This document shows, piece after piece, positions 59,201 to 64,000 of a DNA stretch of 64,000 bases. This DNA comes from an uncultured Acidobacteriota bacterium. GTDB taxonomy: Bacteria; Acidobacteriota; UBA6911; RPQK01; JAPXNP01. Where the stretch lies: assembly GCA_963777605.1 (NCBI GenBank), contig CAVZRV010000011.1, forward strand, positions 64,001 to 128,000, read 5' to 3'. The notes under the pieces were generated by a model. It was not told the origin of the DNA. It was given only the letters and a program-made list of their open reading frames with translations, and did not search any database. Position 1 is the first letter of the stretch, and every line of letters starts with the position of its first letter. Made by a program: the position numbers and the translations under genes.

Positions 59201-59941
59201 ATGCCGATGAAGGTCACTAAGTCGTTGCCGCTGAGCCTGTTCCTTCTCATCACGATTTCCGTCCCCTGCCTCGCGGCGGAGGATGCACAAACCGTGATCA
59301 ACCAATACATTGAGGCGATCGGCGGGCGTGCCGCGATCGAGAAAGTCCGAACCCAGGTCACGAAGGGGACCTTCGCGCTACCCGACATGGGAATCTACGC
59401 CCCGTTTGAGACCTGCCTCGAGCCGCCGGACAAGTCCTACATGTACATCAACTTCTCCGAGGCAGCTCCGGCCTCCAACGGAGTCAACGGCGACATCGCC
59501 TGGCAGATCCACCCCATGAGCGGGCCCCAGATTCTCACCGGCGAGGATCGACTCGCCGCCCTTCGAGGCGCCGAAATCGACCCGCTCGTGGACTGGAAAA
59601 AATACTACAAGACCGCCGAGATAACAGGTCAAGAAACGATCGGTGGCCAACCCTGCACCCAGGTCACCTTCACCCCTGAAACGGGAGCCAACCTGGTTGT
59701 CTTCTTCAACAACACCACTCATCTTCTGGTCCGCATGATCGGAATCCAGGGTGGAACGAAGGCCCAAACCGACGTCTTGGACTACCGGGAGACGGGCGCC
59801 CTGAAGCAGCCCTACCGGCTTCAGGTGAAAACTCCGCAGTTCTCCTTCGAGTTCCAGGTTGACTCGATCGAGCAGAACGTCCCGATCCCGCCGGAGAAAT
59901 TCGCACTTCCACCAGAGATTCAGCGGATGGCGGACAAGTAA
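59201..59941 (+). CDS. Exported hypothetical protein (LolA-like / lipoprotein-sorting-type fold)
   Basis: Signal peptide; VINQYIEAIGG, NGDIAW, DYRETG, EQNVPIPPEKFALP. Confidence 0.75.
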   Translation: MPMKVTKSLPLSLFLLITISVPCLAAEDAQTVINQYIEAIGGRAAIEKVRTQVTKGTFALPDMGIYAPFETCLEPPDKSYMYINFSEAAPASNGVNGDIAWQIHPMSGPQILTGEDRLAALRGAEIDPLVDWKKYYKTAEITGQETIGGQPCTQVTFTPETGANLVVFFNNTTHLLVRMIGIQGGTKAQTDVLDYRETGALKQPYRLQVKTPQFSFEFQVDSIEQNVPIPPEKFALPPEIQRMADK

Positions 59942-59972
59942 CCCGCCCTTCGAGATGATATAAACTGCCGCC

Positions 59973-61019
59973 ATGATCCGAACAATCGAATGGACCGATG
60001 ACGGCGTCGTCATGATCGACCAGCGACTCCTCCCGACCGAGGAGGTCTACAACACGTATCGCACCGTGGACGAGGTGGCGGACGCCATCAAGACGATGGT
60101 GATCCGGGGGGCTCCGGCGATCGGAGTCGCCGCAGCGATGGGTGTTGCGCTGGGTGCGAAGAATTGTTCCAGTCGGGAAGAGCTGAACCGCGAATTCCCG
60201 GCAAGCTGTGAAACCCTGGCCCGGACCCGTCCGACAGCCCGCAACCTCTTCTGGGCGATCGAGCGGATGAGTGCCCTGTTTGAGTCGAAACGCGAGGCGA
60301 ATCTGGCCGAGATCCAGCGACTGATCGTCGCGGAAGCCCGGGCCATCCATGCCGAGGACATCGAAATCAACCGACGGATGGGACATCACGGACAGGAACT
60401 CCTCGAACCTGGATCGACCGTCCTCACCCACTGCAATGCGGGAGCCCTGGCCACCGCCGGATACGGCACCGCGCTCGGAGTGATTCGCGCGGCGGTCGAG
60501 TCTGGAAAGCCAATTCAGGTGTTTGCCGACGAAACCCGCCCCTTTCTCCAGGGCGCCCGATTAACCGCCTGGGAACTGCAGAAAGACGGGATCCCCTGCA
60601 CCCTGATCACCGACAACATGTCCGGCTACTTCATGAAAGCCGGCCGAATCAAGGCCGTCGTGGTAGGAGCCGACCGGATCGCCCGCAACGGTGACGTTGC
60701 CAACAAGATCGGAACTTATACAGTCGCAGTTCTCGCCCGCCAGCACGGCATTCCATTTTACGTGGCGGCTCCCCTCTCGACCATTGACCTGGAGACTCCA
60801 ACCGGGGCCGACATTCCTATCGAGCAGAGGCCCGAGGCCGAAGTCACCAGCATCAACGGAAAGCGGGTAGCGCCCGAATCTATCCAAGTCGAGAACCCCG
60901 CCTTTGACGTCACTCCAAGTGCACTGGTCTCAGCGATCATAACGGAAGAGGGAGTCGCCCGGGCGCCCTACGAAGAGTCCCTGGCTGCTCTCTACCGGGA
61001 AAAGGACGACCCGAAATGA
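59973..61019 (+). CDS. mtnA: Methylthioribose-1-phosphate isomerase
   Basis: [44 protein letters not shown]. Confidence 0.97.
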   Translation: MIRTIEWTDDGVVMIDQRLLPTEEVYNTYRTVDEVADAIKTMVIRGAPAIGVAAAMGVALGAKNCSSREELNREFPASCETLARTRPTARNLFWAIERMSALFESKREANLAEIQRLIVAEARAIHAEDIEINRRMGHHGQELLEPGSTVLTHCNAGALATAGYGTALGVIRAAVESGKPIQVFADETRPFLQGARLTAWELQKDGIPCTLITDNMSGYFMKAGRIKAVVVGADRIARNGDVANKIGTYTVAVLARQHGIPFYVAAPLSTIDLETPTGADIPIEQRPEAEVTSINGKRVAPESIQVENPAFDVTPSALVSAIITEEGVARAPYEESLAALYREKDDPK

Positions 61020-62050
61020 TCGTGCTTGGAATTGAGTCCAGCTGCGACGAAACGGCGGCGGCCCTGGTCCGGGGCGGGCGAGAGATCCTGTCCAGCGTGG
61101 TGGCATCTCAAGTGGCGACCCACCGGGAGTACGGAGGGGTGGTCCCCGAACTGGCCAGTCGCGAGCACGTAGACAACATCGCCTACGTTGTCGAACAGGC
61201 GCTGATCCGCGCCGAGATGGACTGGAAAGAGATCGAAGCCGTCGCGGTCACCCAGGGCCCCGGGCTGGTGGGAGCACTCCTGGTCGGCCTGGCATTCGCG
61301 AAGGCCGCCGCCTACGCCCGGGGGTGCCCTTTTCTGGGAGTCAATCACCTCCTGGGACATATCTACTCGGTTTTCCTTGATCACCCCAACGTCGAGCTTC
61401 CTGCCCTCTCCCTGGTGGTGTCCGGCGGGCACACCAATCTCTACTTCCTTCGCGATATCGGGGATTACGAGCTGCTTGCCCGGAGCGGTGACGATGCGGC
61501 CGGTGAAGCCCTCGACAAGCTCTCCAAGCACCTCGGCCTGGGCTACCCGGGTGGACCCGCTATTGAGAAAATCTCTCGCCATGGCGACCCAGGATCCGTC
61601 AATTTCACGATGGCCCGGACCACCAACGACCGCCTCGACTTCAGCTTCAGCGGCCTTAAATCGGCCGCTATCCGGTATGCCCGTTCGAATCGAATTCCCC
61701 GTCTCGAAGAACCGTTCGAGTCACCCGATGATCTCCCCGGCCCGGTTAGGGACCTGGTGGCGTCCTACCAGAAAGCCGTAATCGATCAGCTCATCGACAG
61801 GGCGGACCGGGCGATGGAACAGCACCCGGCCCGATCCATTCACATTTCGGGCGGGGTTTCCTGCAATCAAACCCTCCGCCGGCGCATGACCGACCACTTT
61901 GCTGCCCGAGGCATCCCGGTTTATTGCCCCCGTCCGTCGCTGACGACTGACAACGCGGCCATGATCGCAGCGGCCGCCTTCCTCCGGCTCCGCAACGGCG
62001 AACGGGACCCTTGGAACCTCCCCGCGGATCCAAATCTCAGGCTGGCCTGA
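61016..62050 (+). CDS. tsaD: tRNA N6-adenosine threonylcarbamoyltransferase
   Basis: [40 protein letters not shown]. Confidence 0.97.
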   Translation: MIVLGIESSCDETAAALVRGGREILSSVVASQVATHREYGGVVPELASREHVDNIAYVVEQALIRAEMDWKEIEAVAVTQGPGLVGALLVGLAFAKAAAYARGCPFLGVNHLLGHIYSVFLDHPNVELPALSLVVSGGHTNLYFLRDIGDYELLARSGDDAAGEALDKLSKHLGLGYPGGPAIEKISRHGDPGSVNFTMARTTNDRLDFSFSGLKSAAIRYARSNRIPRLEEPFESPDDLPGPVRDLVASYQKAVIDQLIDRADRAMEQHPARSIHISGGVSCNQTLRRRMTDHFAARGIPVYCPRPSLTTDNAAMIAAAAFLRLRNGERDPWNLPADPNLRLA

Positions 62051-62081
62051 AACATCTTAAGATCCAAGATCTGGTGCCCTG

Positions 62082-63095
62082 TTACCTGGGAATTGACTGA
62101 GATCTGGGGGTGAAGGTAAACCACCGGGCGATTTCGTTCGGGGGCACCCGTCGGTTTGACTGGATCTGGCGGCGCTTGCCTTCGGTCCGCAAGTTGAGGC
62201 ATTCCACTTCGCGCAAGGCCGCCAACGAGCTCCGCTCTTTCGTGTGCACGTAAGTCAGAATGGCGAGGTCCCGCAGCCACATGTACGGGAAGCACCGGCG
62301 GGCCACAGCCGCATCTATGTTCTTTTGCCTCATCAGGAACCGGTTCTTCACCGAGTGATAGTTGGCTACCGGATTCATCCTGCTCCGACCTTTTGGGAAG
62401 ACCTGGCGAACATGTCCGCCGACGGCGCCCGGTTCGTAAAGGGCCTTCCAGCCCCTGAGTTGAGCCCGCCAGGCCAGGTCGGCGTCCTCCCGGTATGCGA
62501 AGAAGTCCTCGTCGAGAAACTCTCCTTCGACCCGAATGTCGTCAACGAACTGGCGGCGACAGAGCAGTGCGGCTCCGGTAATCCCGAATACGAATTCCGC
62601 CTTGTCGTATTGGCCGGTATCGGGGCGGTTGCTGCCCCGGTCAAAATGGCGCAGTGACGGCGTAAAGTAAATTCCGGTGCTGTCGAGAAGGGGCCCCTGT
62701 TCTCCTAAGACGAGGTTCCCTGACTGGTCGATACGGCGGAGTTTTCCTCCCGCCAACCCCGCCTGGGGCACTTCGATCAATCGCCTGACCAGGGTCTCGG
62801 CATAACCCGATGACAAGATGACGTCGGCGTTCATAAGCAAGGCATATTCGAACTTCTCACCCCGCAGATTCCAGTTATGCCCTCCACAATAGCCCAGGTT
62901 CCAGGGAGACCTTTCGACCGCGGCCCCGTACCTCTGAGCGACCACCACGGTCCCATCTTCCGAAGCGTTGTCCAGGACCTTGATCCGCGCTTTCAGGCTC
63001 TGGTCTGCCAGGGCCTCCAGGCACCTCGCAATGTAGGGCTCGTCGTTGTGAGTTACGAGGCTGACCAGGAGTGGAGAATCACCAGCAGGTTTCAT
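62082..63095 (-). CDS. GT2 glycosyltransferase
   Basis: DNASEDG, NLGYCGG, MNAD, FFAYREDADL. Confidence 0.9.
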   Translation of the reverse strand: MKPAGDSPLLVSLVTHNDEPYIARCLEALADQSLKARIKVLDNASEDGTVVVAQRYGAAVERSPWNLGYCGGHNWNLRGEKFEYALLMNADVILSSGYAETLVRRLIEVPQAGLAGGKLRRIDQSGNLVLGEQGPLLDSTGIYFTPSLRHFDRGSNRPDTGQYDKAEFVFGITGAALLCRRQFVDDIRVEGEFLDEDFFAYREDADLAWRAQLRGWKALYEPGAVGGHVRQVFPKGRSRMNPVANYHSVKNRFLMRQKNIDAAVARRCFPYMWLRDLAILTYVHTKERSSLAALREVECLNLRTEGKRRQIQSNRRVPPNEIARWFTFTPRSQSIPR

Positions 63096-63102
63096 GGCAG
63101 CC

Positions 63103-63966
63103 TCAACGTGCTCTCCGGCTGGTTCTGCCCGCCAGAACGAGCCGGGTCAGGACTCCGATCTTCACCGGAAGCCAAATCAGCGGCAGCGACCGGGGGTGGT
63201 GCTTTTTCCAGTACTGGAGAAGGTTACGGTAGTAGATCCGGACGAAGCGGTGATAATCCATCACGTCGAGTGAAATCCCACCCCGATGAATCGCCTCCCA
63301 TTCAGGAAACCAAAGGATCTGGAATCCCCGGTCGATTGCGCGCCGGCAGAAGTCCACGTCCTCGAACCAGGCCGGCTGGAACTCTTCGTCGAAACCGGCC
63401 AACTGGTCCCACGCCGACTTCCGGAGAACCCAAAATGCCGCGGCGGGTTGTTCTACAGGCCCGCCGGCAGGAGTCTCCCGGGCCGAGACACCGATCCGCT
63501 CGAACAGTTCATCAAAGAACAGGGCATCGCCTATAACGCTGCGGACGGTTGGCAGTTTGCGGATTTGAAAATCGGTCTGGGGACGACCATCTTCGCCAAT
63601 CAGAGAGCCACAAGCGATAACGGCTTCCGGAGAGCGTTCCAGCGCCTCGCACAGGCCCCGCAGCACGGTTTCGGAAACCCGAACGTCAGGGTTGAGCAGG
63701 GCGAAAAACTCAGCCTGCACCGAGCGGACACCCTGGTTCGCGCCGGCAGCAAAACCCCGGTTGTGTTCGTTCCGGATGAGCTCAACCCACGGCCGCCCGG
63801 CCGCTGCCTGCCGGCTCGAGTCAGCCGATCCATTGTCAACGACGATCACCTGCCGCAGCCGATCGTGGAATGGCTCAAGCGAATCCAGGAGTTGCGCCAG
63901 GTAATCTCTGCTGTTCCAGTTGACGATAACGGCGCTCACATCCACACGTAGCAGGAAATTTAGCAC
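63103..63966 (-). CDS. GT2 glycosyltransferase
   Basis: IVNWNS, VVDNGSADS, NRGFAAGAN, LLNPD, WFEDVDFC. Confidence 0.9.
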   Translation of the reverse strand: MLNFLLRVDVSAVIVNWNSRDYLAQLLDSLEPFHDRLRQVIVVDNGSADSSRQAAAGRPWVELIRNEHNRGFAAGANQGVRSVQAEFFALLNPDVRVSETVLRGLCEALERSPEAVIACGSLIGEDGRPQTDFQIRKLPTVRSVIGDALFFDELFERIGVSARETPAGGPVEQPAAAFWVLRKSAWDQLAGFDEEFQPAWFEDVDFCRRAIDRGFQILWFPEWEAIHRGGISLDVMDYHRFVRIYYRNLLQYWKKHHPRSLPLIWLPVKIGVLTRLVLAGRTSRRAR

Positions 63967-64000
63967 ACCTGTAACCCGAATTCAGTAAGATGAGGAGAGA

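Overview
GC-rich bacterial chromosomal window, probably Acidobacteriota (inferred from the style of the secreted proteins and the gmk-rpoZ-coaBC-era-udg-priA block; not verified). The main result is a ~10 kb co-directional operon at 12278-22388, preceded by a correctly spaced sigma54-like promoter. It encodes, in order: a 15-heme cytochrome c, a CxxC-less redoxin/TPR protein, a tetraheme cytochrome with the motif pattern of the Geobacter nanowire subunit OmcE, an NHL propeller, a pentaheme lipoprotein cytochrome, a ~655-aa outer-membrane beta-barrel, a small membrane protein, a second NHL lipoprotein and a 12-heme protein whose N-terminus is a second OmcE-like domain. That is 36 heme-binding motifs in total, and the locus looks like a self-contained cytochrome-nanowire export/assembly system. 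The rest of the window holds carbohydrate-active enzymes (GH16, GH172, GH27, GH110-like), a c554-family tetraheme, a Tat-exported IorAB-type molybdoenzyme, a type III PKS/oxidoreductase/methyltransferase triad next to a possible chalcone-isomerase-fold protein, four aldo/keto reductases, PhoB-PhoR-PhoB and a housekeeping block. Two intergenic regions share the same composite repeat architecture. Seven single-base frameshifts in five genes, including msbA, are most likely assembly errors. All family assignments come from motif recognition by eye; no database searches were run.
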